Shown here piece after piece: positions 1-8,563 of a stretch of DNA of 63,841 bases. The number at the start of each line of letters is the position of its first letter. The first letter of the stretch is position 1. Made by a program: the position numbers and the translations under genes. The stretch comes from Candidatus Shapirobacteria bacterium (GTDB taxonomy: Bacteria > Patescibacteriota > Microgenomatia > UBA12405 > JAUWLS01). The notes below the pieces were generated by a model. The model was given only the letters and a program-made list of their open reading frames with translations, made no database searches and was not told the origin of the DNA. The DNA lies in NCBI GenBank assembly GCA_030613565.1, contig JAUWLS010000003.1:1-63841 (forward strand), read 5' to 3'.

Positions 1-476
1 TCACTCTCACCATCACCTTCCCCGTATCCTAAAAAGTCCAAAGATACTGTAATGTATCCCTCGTCTACTAGCTCATCTGCCACCCTCCACACCCCATACC
101 CCGGATAATAACCTTCCTTTTCTGCATATCCTCTTACCATCACCACTACTGGATATTTCTTCTTTTCCAAAAAACCATTAGGCCAACTCATCATTCCTGA
201 AATCAACTTGTCATCACTCATAAATGTAAAAACTTCACTATTCACCTCTTTTTTTCTTCTAACGTCTACTTCAACAGGCTCTCCTAAAAATTCAATCTTA
301 CTTGCCACCCCACCCCTCTTTCTTAACTGGGAAAATGAATATCTATCCAACTCTCTCCCTTCCACTACAAACGGTTCACCCAAAGGCTCTAAGGCTGGTC
401 TACTATATATAAACCCCCATATCCCACCACCTAAAAACACAAAAACTCCTAAGCCTATCAAAAGAAAATTCCTCAC
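1..476 (-). CDS. Alpha/beta-hydrolase (S9/dienelactone-hydrolase-like), runs off the window start
   Basis: Not in the ORF track. My translation from GTG 476 gives MRNFLLIGLGVFVFLGGGIWG...KYPVVVMVRGYAEKEGYYPGYGVWRVADELVDEGYITVSLDFLGYGEGDGES: an N-terminal TM segment and the typical 'G(Y/F).V...D..GYG.S' hydrolase segment. TAGAAT lies 5 nt before the GTG. Confidence 0.65.
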   Translation of the reverse strand, partial: MRNFLLIGLGVFVFLGGGIWGFIYSRPALEPLGEPFVVEGRELDRYSFSQLRKRGGVASKIEFLGEPVEVDVRRKKEVNSEVFTFMSDDKLISGMMSWPNGFLEKKKYPVVVMVRGYAEKEGYYPGYGVWRVADELVDEGYITVSLDFLGYGEGDGES

Positions 477-493
477 CCCTTATTCTAACCCAC

Positions 494-1546
494 TTAAGCT
501 CGTAATTTCGGTAAACTGTGCAAATCCTTCATATCAAGCATCAAGCCTCTGTGTTCTATTATCAAACGATCATACAGCACCAAGGCCGTCATCCCTTCAC
601 ACCCCTGCGCCGTAAGTGGATCCGAGTCTTCAAATAATCGCTTTAAAGCAAAAGCTGTGCTTGGAAAAAAATCATCAGACCCCACATCATCACCATAATA
701 AAAAACATTCCAAGGGCTATATCCCTTACCTCTATCAACCGAATCAAAAGTCGTACTGTTCATTGTTGCCACCAAGCGCCACAAGTTATCGTAATGTAAA
801 ACACATATTTCTGTAAAATCAATCACTCCTGCTCCACCTGGTCTTTCCAAGTAAGTAACTACAAAACCTTTCTTTGTACCCCCACCTGGAGCTAACTCAC
901 CCGTTTCTTCTTCCAACTCAACCTGCAACATTCTCTGAAAAACACCAATCCCATAACTTGGCCCAAAACCCCATCCCAACTCAACTTTTCCTCCTGGCAT
1001 ATCAAGTTTACCCTCATCTCCACCAAAAGATTTTTTTGCCCGCCTTCTGGCGACGAAACAAACCTTTTCATCCCTTGGGTCAACGGCAGTAATAAGAGCT
1101 CTAGTAACCACGTAACCACCCTCTCTCCTACACCTTTCTTTAATTTTTGAAATTTCAGCTGGATCTAAAGTACCCTTCCCTCTATCAAGAATTGAGCCAA
1201 AACAAGAATCCCATAACGAACTTCCGATCCTGGCCCTTCGAAAACCTTTAGGTTCTTCAAACAACATACTAGAATCTGGTTTTTCAGCTCTCTCTGTATA
1301 TTCTGTTTCTCTAGCTAAAAACAAAGTTTCAAAAACATCAAAGGGGAACCAACCCTTGCTTGGACAAATCATCAAACCACTAAAATCTGACTCACACGCA
1401 ACTGGATAATCACGTTTCTCTCCAGGTTCTGGTATATCCAATCTCGGATTACGAGGCAACGCTTCCCCGCAATTGGGATTAGAAAACAAAAGTGGAAAAT
1501 TTTCTCTAGCATGTACTCCAATTTTTTCACTGCTCATAAACACCAA
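494..1546 (-). CDS. Divergent Nudix-fold protein with N-terminal extension
   Basis: Nudix-box-like MPGGKVE...VELEEETGE with a ~9-aa insertion. Confidence 0.6.
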   Translation of the reverse strand: MVFMSSEKIGVHARENFPLLFSNPNCGEALPRNPRLDIPEPGEKRDYPVACESDFSGLMICPSKGWFPFDVFETLFLARETEYTERAEKPDSSMLFEEPKGFRRARIGSSLWDSCFGSILDRGKGTLDPAEISKIKERCRREGGYVVTRALITAVDPRDEKVCFVARRRAKKSFGGDEGKLDMPGGKVELGWGFGPSYGIGVFQRMLQVELEEETGELAPGGGTKKGFVVTYLERPGGAGVIDFTEICVLHYDNLWRLVATMNSTTFDSVDRGKGYSPWNVFYYGDDVGSDDFFPSTAFALKRLFEDSDPLTAQGCEGMTALVLYDRLIIEHRGLMLDMKDLHSLPKLRA

Positions 1547-1614
1547 AGGATAGATTATTTTTAAACTAACCCTATTTTACATCAATGTTACGACCCTACC
1601 AAAATCATTTTTTC

Positions 1615-2973
1615 TTACCTTACCCAAAACCATCCCAATCCACTGGCCAAAATTACCACCGTCATCGAAAGAGCAAAGCGAGTTGCAAACTCTTTTCTTC
1701 CTTGCATCCAGGAATAAGCTACTTTAGAAATCAAATTCGTTGCATTCACACACACTAAAACAAACCAGGCCTGCGCTATATTAATCTCACCTCCTGCCAT
1801 ATCAGCCAAGTTCACCACTACTGCATCAATTCCGGAAAACGACGCTGCTATCGAGCCTACTAAAAATCCGGCCTGGCCAAAGAAAGTCAAAGCAATTTTA
1901 GTAACTAATCTGATTACCAAAAGTACCAGCACAAAACGCATTGCTGAACCCAAAGAGATAATTGGCTTTTGTTCTGCCTTCTCTCTCTTTTTCGTTTTTA
2001 TTTCCTTTATCTTCTTCCCTTTTTTAAAATAAAACCAACCTCCCATTACCAAAGCTGATCCAATAATTAAAAGCATTGTTGGAGTAATTGAAATCAACCA
2101 CTCCCCATTTATTGGTGCCACCAACACAACAATCTGTAAAAAGGAAACTAAATTGGCAAACACTGCTGCTGCCACCAGCTCATTTATGTATCCACCTTCC
2201 TTACTCCTCAAAGCCAAAGACTGCACCGTCGAAGTTGATGAAACAAACCCACCTGCCACAGATGTCAAAAACCACCCCTTCTTCTCTCCCACCATCCTAG
2301 ACAACAAATGTCCAAACATTTCTATCCCTGTTATAAAAGCCACAATCAACCACATCCTAAAAGGATTCAGTATCTCCAGCTTCTCCAAAGCCCCATAACT
2401 CACCCCATAGGCATCTAAAAGCATTGTTACTCCTGGAATATCCGTTACCACATAACCCTGATTAGGTAAAAATGGCAAAATCACTAAGGCTATAATCGCA
2501 AAGGTTAAAAAGGCCGACATCTCTTTTCGCTTAACTCCCGATATAAAATTTTTCGTCCTATCCTTCATTGAAAGAATTAGGGTAACCACTACTGCAACTG
2601 CAATCACTATCTGTACCGGTAAAATATCTGCTGCTACTAAATAACCCATTACAAACACATAAACTGCTGCCAACTCTGTTGTTAACCCTGGAGACTTGAT
2701 CATAATACTTCCCACCACATAATAGGCCGTCAATAAAACAAAAAAACCAACTGTCACTATTAAATACAAAACACTGTCTCCTGAAACTGAGAGTAATCCT
2801 GCAACTCCTCCCAAAAGAGAAATTAAAGAAAAAGTTCTCAAACCAGATAACCCTCTCACCTTCATTCCCTTCTTTCCTTTTTTCTTACTAGGAATAAACT
2901 CTCTCTCCACTCCCACCAAAGCTCCCAGAAAAACTGCTACCAACAATCTAAAAGGACCAGACAAATCACTCAT
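1615..2973 (-). CDS. MgtC/SapB-family membrane protein with DUF4010
   Basis: N-terminal 'LGALVGVERE...GLRTFSLISLLG' MgtC motif, then 'LNPFRMWLIVAFITGI' and 'GGFVSSTSTV' typical of DUF4010; many TM helices. Confidence 0.85.
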   Translation of the reverse strand: MSDLSGPFRLLVAVFLGALVGVEREFIPSKKKGKKGMKVRGLSGLRTFSLISLLGGVAGLLSVSGDSVLYLIVTVGFFVLLTAYYVVGSIMIKSPGLTTELAAVYVFVMGYLVAADILPVQIVIAVAVVVTLILSMKDRTKNFISGVKRKEMSAFLTFAIIALVILPFLPNQGYVVTDIPGVTMLLDAYGVSYGALEKLEILNPFRMWLIVAFITGIEMFGHLLSRMVGEKKGWFLTSVAGGFVSSTSTVQSLALRSKEGGYINELVAAAVFANLVSFLQIVVLVAPINGEWLISITPTMLLIIGSALVMGGWFYFKKGKKIKEIKTKKREKAEQKPIISLGSAMRFVLVLLVIRLVTKIALTFFGQAGFLVGSIAASFSGIDAVVVNLADMAGGEINIAQAWFVLVCVNATNLISKVAYSWMQGRKEFATRFALSMTVVILASGLGWFWVR

Positions 2974-2994
2974 TCTATTTCAGTATGCCTTATT

Positions 2995-3678
2995 TTATTT
3001 CCCTTGACCAGACCTCTCTCTACGCACCATCATGAGTTCTTCGTAAGGTGGAACATACCTCCATGGACCAATTCTAGCCATTACTGCATGCTTATCCATC
3101 CTTAATCCAGCTATCACTTCAATTTTGCCCCCCAACCATTCTTCTAATCTTTTCACCCTTCTTCCAAAAAACTTCTCATTTGCTCTCTCAACTAACCATC
3201 TTAAAATCTGAGGTTCATTTATTTCTCTCCTATATATATCTCCCCACTTTTTCTTACCATCAATCAACTCACAAAGTTCGCTTGTCAAAAATGGTCTTGC
3301 CAACACCACCTTTGAATCCCCTTCCACTTCCCACCCTTCGGGTGACAACCCACTCCCACAATACTCTGCCTCATAAACCAACCCCAAAGTCGACAGGCCA
3401 TCACCATCTTTTGAAAAAACCGGAACTACGTGTGGTCGACATTTGGCCTCGACATACGGAAGACACACATCGCCTCTCTTTATGGCCGTTTCCTCAAGAA
3501 GTTCATCCAAAACCATCCTCATTGGAACTTGGTTTTCAGTCCCGCCAGCCGGCAATCCCCAACCCAATTCTTCCTCTGTACTTGGATCCCTGTTACACAC
3601 CAAAACTAAACGATCACCTCCAGCTGTTAATAATAATCCAACGGAAACATTGGTTAAAACTCTACCCTCACTTCTCAT
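2995..3678 (-). CDS. Divergent Nudix hydrolase
   Basis: WGLPAGGTE...DELLEETAI Nudix-box-like motif; TATAAT 5 nt before the ATG. Confidence 0.6.
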   Translation of the reverse strand: MRSEGRVLTNVSVGLLLTAGGDRLVLVCNRDPSTEEELGWGLPAGGTENQVPMRMVLDELLEETAIKRGDVCLPYVEAKCRPHVVPVFSKDGDGLSTLGLVYEAEYCGSGLSPEGWEVEGDSKVVLARPFLTSELCELIDGKKKWGDIYRREINEPQILRWLVERANEKFFGRRVKRLEEWLGGKIEVIAGLRMDKHAVMARIGPWRYVPPYEELMMVRRERSGQGK

Positions 3679-3699
3679 CTCTGATTATATAACATCCCC
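3645..3699. repeat. Direct repeat A1: promoter and first codons of the Nudix gene (intact copy)
   Basis: 44/55 nt identical to 4442-4496 by manual alignment, including an identical 18-nt core ATCTCTGATTATATAACA. Confidence 0.8.
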
Positions 3700-3707
3700 T
3701 TCACTGT

Positions 3708-3766
3708 TGAATTCTAAATCGAATCCGAACACTTGATAGCTAACAACTCTGATTCCAACATCTCTT
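3708..3766. repeat. 59-bp dispersed element, copy 1
   Basis: 53/59 identical to 62827-62885; first 28 nt TGAATTCTAAATCGAATCCGAACACTTG identical. Confidence 0.9.
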
Positions 3767-3778
3767 TAGTATTAATAC

Positions 3779-3807
3779 TTGACTTAACCAAGTATTACTC
3801 ATATAAA
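3779..3807 (+). promoter_or_regulatory. Sigma70-type promoter of the AbrB/PIN module
   Basis: TTGACT-N17-TATAAA, 11 nt before ATG 3819. Confidence 0.6.
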
Positions 3808-3818
3808 CTATTCTTACC

Positions 3819-4061
3819 ATGTTGCAAAGCACCACCCTTACTCAAAAAGGTCAAATTACTATCCCCCTCTTTCTGCGCCAAAGACTTAAACTAAAAACTG
3901 GACAACAAATGGTTTTTCTCCCCCATCCTGAACAACCCGGTATTTTAATCCTAAAACCCATAACAGACCTCATCTCCCTCAAAGGAAAATTTAAAAGCCA
4001 CAAAAAATACAACAAAACACGAGCCAGAGCAACTTTTACAAAAGACATTTCTAAAATATGA
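3819..4061 (+). CDS. AbrB/MazE/SpoVT-family antitoxin
   Basis: TTLTQKGQITIPLFLRQRLKLKTG swapped-hairpin motif; ATGA overlap with the PIN gene. Confidence 0.85.
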   Translation: MLQSTTLTQKGQITIPLFLRQRLKLKTGQQMVFLPHPEQPGILILKPITDLISLKGKFKSHKKYNKTRARATFTKDISKI

Positions 4062-4418
4062 TCGTTGATACTGACATCATTATTCGCTTTCTTACCAACG
4101 ACGATCCTAAAAAAGCCAAAGATTTTGAACGTTTTTTAAACTCAAAAAAGAAAATCATTTTAACCGACGTCAGCTTTGCCGAAGTTTACTGGACCCTAAA
4201 ATCTTTCTACAAATTTCCTAAAGGGGAAATCATACCTGCCCTAAATTGTCTCCAACAAATCTCTACTGGCTCAGACCTTAAGCATTCTCCAAACTCACAA
4301 CACAAGTCTAATCGATGCCTACAACGCAGCATACTCCTTGGTTAACAGTGATTCAAAGGTACTTTCATTCGATAAAGGGTTTGATAAAATCCCTCAAATC
4401 ACTCGTCAAGAGCCCTGA
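4058..4418 (+). pseudogene. vapC: PIN-domain (VapC) toxin, frameshifted near 4244
   Basis: N-half MIVDTDIIIRFL...FAEVYWTL. The C-half IVSNKSLL...SLIDAYNAAY...VLSFDKGFDKIPQITRQEP* is in the next frame and ends at TGA 4416-4418. Confidence 0.8.
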
Positions 4419-4441
4419 ACTCAATTTTGACTCCATACCTA

Positions 4442-4496
4442 AAACATTCATCAAAACCCCGCTTTCACTTCCTATCTCTGATTATATAACACCCCC
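4442..4496. repeat. Direct repeat A2: truncated copy of the Nudix promoter and 5' end
   Basis: Minus strand reads ATA GGA AGT GAA AGC GGG GTT TTG ATG AAT GTT versus ATG AGA AGT GAG GGT AGA GTT TTA ACC AAT GTT in the intact gene. Confidence 0.8.
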
Positions 4497-4516
4497 CAAC
4501 ACGCTATAATATCCCC

Positions 4517-5671
4517 ATGTCAAAAACCTTCTATTTAAAGACCTACGGCTGTGCCCAAAACGTTGCCGACTCTCAACGTATTAAAACCCATTTCTATAAC
4601 CTTGGATTCAAAGAAGTCAATTCTTGGAAAAAAGCAGACACTATTATTATTAACACCTGTATCATCAGAGAATCTGCTGAAAACAGAGCCTATGGACTCC
4701 TAGAAAACGTTCATCAATACCGAAAAAAAGAAAAAACCAAACAAAAAATCATCATTACTGGCTGCTTAGTTGGCGCTGCTCTTAATCAAAAAAACAAAAA
4801 AGGTATTCCTAAAATAGAAAAACTAAAAGAAAAATTCCCTCAAGTGGACCAATTCTTACCCATTTCTAAAATCAGTTTTGATCTTGATCCCCTAAGAGAT
4901 AAAAAACTTTCTGCCCTCATTCCCATAAGTACTGGTTGTAACAACTTCTGCTCCTACTGTATCGTCCCTTTCGCCCGTGGCAAAGAAATTAGTCGCCCTT
5001 TTAAAGAGATTTTAACTGAGGCCCAAAAAGCCCTAGATTCGGGTTTTACCCACATCACCTTAGTTGGTCAAAACGTCAACTCCTACGGATCTGATCTGGT
5101 CAAAGAAAAAGGGTCCTACACTCTTCCCACGAAAGAAAAGGTCAAACCAGTCCTCGTAAAGTCCATGGGCAAGACCCGTATCCCCACCCTCTTTCCTTAT
5201 CTTCTAGAAACTGTAGCCAAACTCCCTAACCTAAAAACTCTCTCTTTTATCTCATCTAATCCTTGGGATTTCTCAGATCAACTAATCAAGGTCATTAAAG
5301 AAAACAAAAACATTGACCGCCTACTCCATCTCCCTTTTCAATCCGGAGACGATCAAATTCTTAAAAAAATGAACCGTAACTACACTTCAAAAGAGTATCT
5401 CGATCTTGTCAAAAAAATCAGAAAAGCTATTCCTGACATCATTCTCACTACCGACATCATTATCGGTTTCCCAGGCGAAGATGAAATTGCCTTTCAAAAC
5501 ACCATAAAACTCTGTAAAAAGGCAAATTTTCAAAAAGCCTATCTTAATAAATACTCTCCCAGATCCGGCACTATATCCAAAAAACTATACCAAGAAACTA
5601 TCTCCCAAAAAGAAAAACGTCGTCGTTGGCACCTTCTTGACCAACTAATCAATAAAGTAAATACTAAGTAA
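4517..5671 (+). CDS. miaB: MiaB-type radical SAM methylthiotransferase (no C-terminal TRAM domain)
   Basis: TYGCAQN, INTCIIRESAE and ITGCL N-terminal Cys motifs; TGCNNFCSYC; LHLPFQSGDD.ILKKMNR; TDIIIGFPGE. Confidence 0.85.
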   Translation: MSKTFYLKTYGCAQNVADSQRIKTHFYNLGFKEVNSWKKADTIIINTCIIRESAENRAYGLLENVHQYRKKEKTKQKIIITGCLVGAALNQKNKKGIPKIEKLKEKFPQVDQFLPISKISFDLDPLRDKKLSALIPISTGCNNFCSYCIVPFARGKEISRPFKEILTEAQKALDSGFTHITLVGQNVNSYGSDLVKEKGSYTLPTKEKVKPVLVKSMGKTRIPTLFPYLLETVAKLPNLKTLSFISSNPWDFSDQLIKVIKENKNIDRLLHLPFQSGDDQILKKMNRNYTSKEYLDLVKKIRKAIPDIILTTDIIIGFPGEDEIAFQNTIKLCKKANFQKAYLNKYSPRSGTISKKLYQETISQKEKRRRWHLLDQLINKVNTK

Positions 5672-6351
5672 TGAAAGCAAAAATCAACTGGAAAGAAATC
5701 AAAGGAGATGAAAGAATCCGTGGCTACTTTCTAGATAAACCAGAAAAAAGGCTCATTAACTACCTTACTCCTAGAATTCCTCCTTTTATTGAAACTTATC
5801 ACCTTACTTTAAGTGCCATTCCACTTGGTTTACTTTTAATTGGCACTGGTTACTTAGCCCAACAAAACCGGCTTTGGTTTATATTAAACGCCCTTATTAT
5901 CTTCATTCGCTTTCTCACCGATGCCCTGGACGGAGAAGTTGGCCGACGAAGAAACACGGGGCTTGTCCGCTGGGGGTTCTATGTTGATCATTTCCTTGAT
6001 TTCATTTTTGCCATTTGCATCCTATCTTCCTACATCCTTTTCTTACCTGAAAACAAACTAATTCTTCTCCTTATCTTAGGAACTATTGCCGCCCATTTCC
6101 TAAATGTAAGCCTTATTTGTATTGCCACTGGTGAATACAGAACTTCTGGAGAACTTAGGATTGGACCTACTGAAATCGTTCTCGCCGCCATTTTATTCAG
6201 TCTTTCTCTTGCATTTTTTCCACCCACTCTCTCTCGCCCTGCTCTCATAGCTTTCTGGTTTATTATTACCTTTGGACTAATCATTAAGTTCTACACTGTC
6301 CAAAAAACCCTCTGGAATCAAGAGATGAGTAAAAAAAGAAAGAAAAAATAA
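5671..6351 (+). CDS. CDP-alcohol phosphatidyltransferase family protein
   Basis: DALDGEVGRRR...GFYVDHFLD matches the D-x2-DG-x2-(A/G)R...G-x3-D-x3-D motif; multiple TMs. Confidence 0.85.
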   Translation: MKAKINWKEIKGDERIRGYFLDKPEKRLINYLTPRIPPFIETYHLTLSAIPLGLLLIGTGYLAQQNRLWFILNALIIFIRFLTDALDGEVGRRRNTGLVRWGFYVDHFLDFIFAICILSSYILFLPENKLILLLILGTIAAHFLNVSLICIATGEYRTSGELRIGPTEIVLAAILFSLSLAFFPPTLSRPALIAFWFIITFGLIIKFYTVQKTLWNQEMSKKRKKK

Positions 6352-6352
6352 C

Positions 6353-6955
6353 ATGCCTCCCAAAATCAAGAAAAACAAGATTAAAAAACGTATCTACTAT
6401 CTGTACGATCATCAGAACAAAACATATCAACGTGCTGCCTATACTAGAAATAAAAAGGTAGACAAACTAACCATCCACCCAAAAAAGATCACCCTAAAAG
6501 AAATTGAAAAGATTCTAAAAGTCTATCTTGACCCTAAAACCAATCTCCCTTCTTTTATAGACACCCCTCAAAAAAAACTTTTTTGGAATTATGCCAGTCA
6601 CGAACTTAGATTGGCCCTTACTTTTTCTTACCATCAAAGAATAACTAAAAAATCAAAAAAGATACCTAATACTGAAATTGGAGATTGGCAAAAAACTCCC
6701 TTCTATAAAACCCACCACAAAAAACTAAAAACCCAAATCCGTTTAGGAAATATTGCCCGACCTCTACGCATTCTCCGCTCTTGGCTCAACCTAAGTGGTC
6801 GCCACCTTGTTACCTTAAGATTCGAAAATATTCATCTTGCCATTGACCTCGTTAACGATCAAATCATTCCCACCATCCACTATGATCGTCACCCTCCTTC
6901 TTGCTCCCCCTTTTCCGCCCTGAAACATCTTCTATTTGAAGATCAAAAGTCATAA
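6353..6955 (+). CDS. Hypothetical protein
   Basis: 200-codon ORF 1 nt after the previous stop; + strand codon style; no recognised motif. Confidence 0.6.
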   Translation: MPPKIKKNKIKKRIYYLYDHQNKTYQRAAYTRNKKVDKLTIHPKKITLKEIEKILKVYLDPKTNLPSFIDTPQKKLFWNYASHELRLALTFSYHQRITKKSKKIPNTEIGDWQKTPFYKTHHKKLKTQIRLGNIARPLRILRSWLNLSGRHLVTLRFENIHLAIDLVNDQIIPTIHYDRHPPSCSPFSALKHLLFEDQKS

Positions 6956-6971
6956 GTGGTATAAATAACAT

Positions 6972-7325
6972 ATGAGCGACGAATCAAAAACTCCCCCGGG
7001 AATGTGGGACATCTTCAGGGCAGGAGGACAACCACCAGAGAAAAAAAATACTAGTTCACCAGAAGAACCAGTGGTGAAAACACCAGTACCAAAAATAAAA
7101 GCTGACCAAGACAGTTTGCCACCACAGGACCCGGCTACCACTCCAGCAATACACAGTGAAGACCCGAAACTAATCACTGCACAAAAAGAAGAAGCAAGAG
7201 AAAAAGAAAAAGCAACTGAAACCACCAAAGCAATGATTGGTCAAGGAGACAAACAAACCCCTGCAGAAAGAATAACTAAAAAAGGAATTGCCCAACATGC
7301 TTTAGGGCAAATGCTTGGTAAGTAA
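6972..7325 (+). CDS. Hypothetical, probably disordered protein
   Basis: P/E/K/T-rich ORF filling the gap before the rplJ promoter. Confidence 0.5.
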   Translation: MSDESKTPPGMWDIFRAGGQPPEKKNTSSPEEPVVKTPVPKIKADQDSLPPQDPATTPAIHSEDPKLITAQKEEAREKEKATETTKAMIGQGDKQTPAERITKKGIAQHALGQMLGK

Positions 7326-7356
7326 AACACCACTCTTCACCTGAAACCCAAAAAAC

Positions 7357-7385
7357 TTGCCTTTTCAAACCTCCTCCCTTATAAT
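7357..7385 (+). promoter_or_regulatory. Sigma70 promoter of rplJL
   Basis: TTGCCT-N17-TATAAT. Confidence 0.75.
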
Positions 7386-7397
7386 TCACCCTGTAAC

Positions 7398-7490
7398 CAA
7401 AGACAGCTGGTCTCCTACGGGACGAAGCCACCAGCCGAGGTGAAAAATCAATTTTGACTTTTTCATAGCCTCGGTCTCCGAGGTTTTTTT
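7398..7490 (+). ncRNA. L10 leader (rplJL autoregulatory element) with attenuator terminator
   Basis: AAGACAGCTGG...CCAGCCGAGGTG resembles the Firmicutes L10-leader core. It is followed by hairpin CCTCGG-TCT-CCGAGG + T7, whose 5' arm can instead pair with CCGAGG at 7435-7440. Confidence 0.7.
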
Positions 7491-7518
7491 ATTACAAAAT
7501 ATCAAAAAATAAATAACA

Positions 7519-8031
7519 ATGGTTAAACAAAGTAAAGTCTACCAAGTCGAAGAGATTAAAACTCAGCTTCAAGGCAGTAAATCAGCTGCCCTAGTTGACT
7601 ACCAAGGCCTAGACGCTGGACAAATCACCACCCTTCGAGAAGAAATCAAGGAAAACGGTGGAACCATGGAAGTCATTAAAAACACTCTTCTTCAAAGAGC
7701 TTTTGAAAAACTTGGAATCACTCTTCCTGAGAAACTAACTGGACCCACTGCCCTAGTTTGTTGTGAAGAGGATGAAATTTCTCCTCTAAAAAGCGTAGAA
7801 AAATCAAGAAAAGCTAACGAAAAGCCTGAATTCAAATACGGAGTCTATCAAAACAAACTCCTCTCCTTAGACAAATTAAAAACTCTTCTTACCCTTCCTT
7901 CAAAAGATCAACTTTATGCCAATTTCTTAGCTGGACTTCAAAATCCCCTTCAAAGACTTGTTCAATCTCTTAAATTCAATCAAACCAAGCTGGTCTTAAC
8001 TTTAAAAGCTGCTTCTCAAAAAGCAAACTAA
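7519..8031 (+). CDS. rplJ: 50S ribosomal protein uL10
   Basis: VDYQGL...ITTLREEIKENGGTMEVIKNTLLQRA...LTGPTA; directly upstream of rplL. Confidence 0.95.
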   Translation: MVKQSKVYQVEEIKTQLQGSKSAALVDYQGLDAGQITTLREEIKENGGTMEVIKNTLLQRAFEKLGITLPEKLTGPTALVCCEEDEISPLKSVEKSRKANEKPEFKYGVYQNKLLSLDKLKTLLTLPSKDQLYANFLAGLQNPLQRLVQSLKFNQTKLVLTLKAASQKAN

Positions 8032-8065
8032 TTTTGTATATAAATTAATAATTATTTAAATAAAA

Positions 8066-8494
8066 ATGGCCGACGAAAAAAAAGTAAAAGAAAAAAAGGA
8101 AGTCAAAATTGACTCCAAACTTCAAAAAATAGTGGATGAAGTATCCACCTTATCAGTTATCGAGCTTTCCGAGCTAGTTAAAGCTTTGGAAGACAAACTT
8201 GGTGTTCAAGCTATCGCTGCCGCTCCTGTAGCTGCCGCTGGTGGAGCCGCTGCCGCAGATGCCCCTGCTGCTGAGGAAAAATCCGAGTTTAATGTCGTCT
8301 TAACCGACGCTGGATCCAACAAAATCGCCGTCATCAAGGCTGTTAGGGAAATCAAACCCGAACTTGGTCTAAAAGACGCCAAAGATCTTGTTGATGCTGC
8401 CCCCAAGGAAATCCTAGAGGGAGCTAAAAAAGATGTTGCCCAAGAAGCTAAAGAAAAAATCACCACTGCCGGTGGTCAAGTAGAGCTTAAATAA
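8066..8494 (+). CDS. rplL: 50S ribosomal protein bL12 (L7/L12)
   Basis: [19 protein letters not shown], Ala-rich hinge, [32 protein letters not shown]. Confidence 0.97.
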   Translation: MADEKKVKEKKEVKIDSKLQKIVDEVSTLSVIELSELVKALEDKLGVQAIAAAPVAAAGGAAAADAPAAEEKSEFNVVLTDAGSNKIAVIKAVREIKPELGLKDAKDLVDAAPKEILEGAKKDVAQEAKEKITTAGGQVELK

Positions 8495-8511
8495 GTCCTT
8501 CTTTTTCTAAA

Positions 8512-8547
8512 AAAACAAAGCCCCCGAGCAATCGGGGGTTTTTCTTT
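8512..8547. terminator. Intrinsic (bidirectional) terminator
   Basis: A-rich run, CCCCCGA-GCAA-TCGGGGG hairpin, then TTTTTCTTT, between the convergent rplL and dehydrogenase genes. Confidence 0.85.
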
Positions 8548-8563
8548 ACCTAAAGTAAAAAAC

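Noticed and set aside
208-615. ORF-track entry on the + strand, and many similar short or overlapping ORFs (e.g. 8206-8466, 28376-28681, 57465-57767, 59135-59521)
   Set aside because: Antisense or off-frame shadows of well-supported genes; strong skew makes long stop-free shadows common.
3708-3766. Integron attC site
   Set aside because: No RYYYAAC...GTTRRRY ends or long imperfect palindrome, and no integron integrase.
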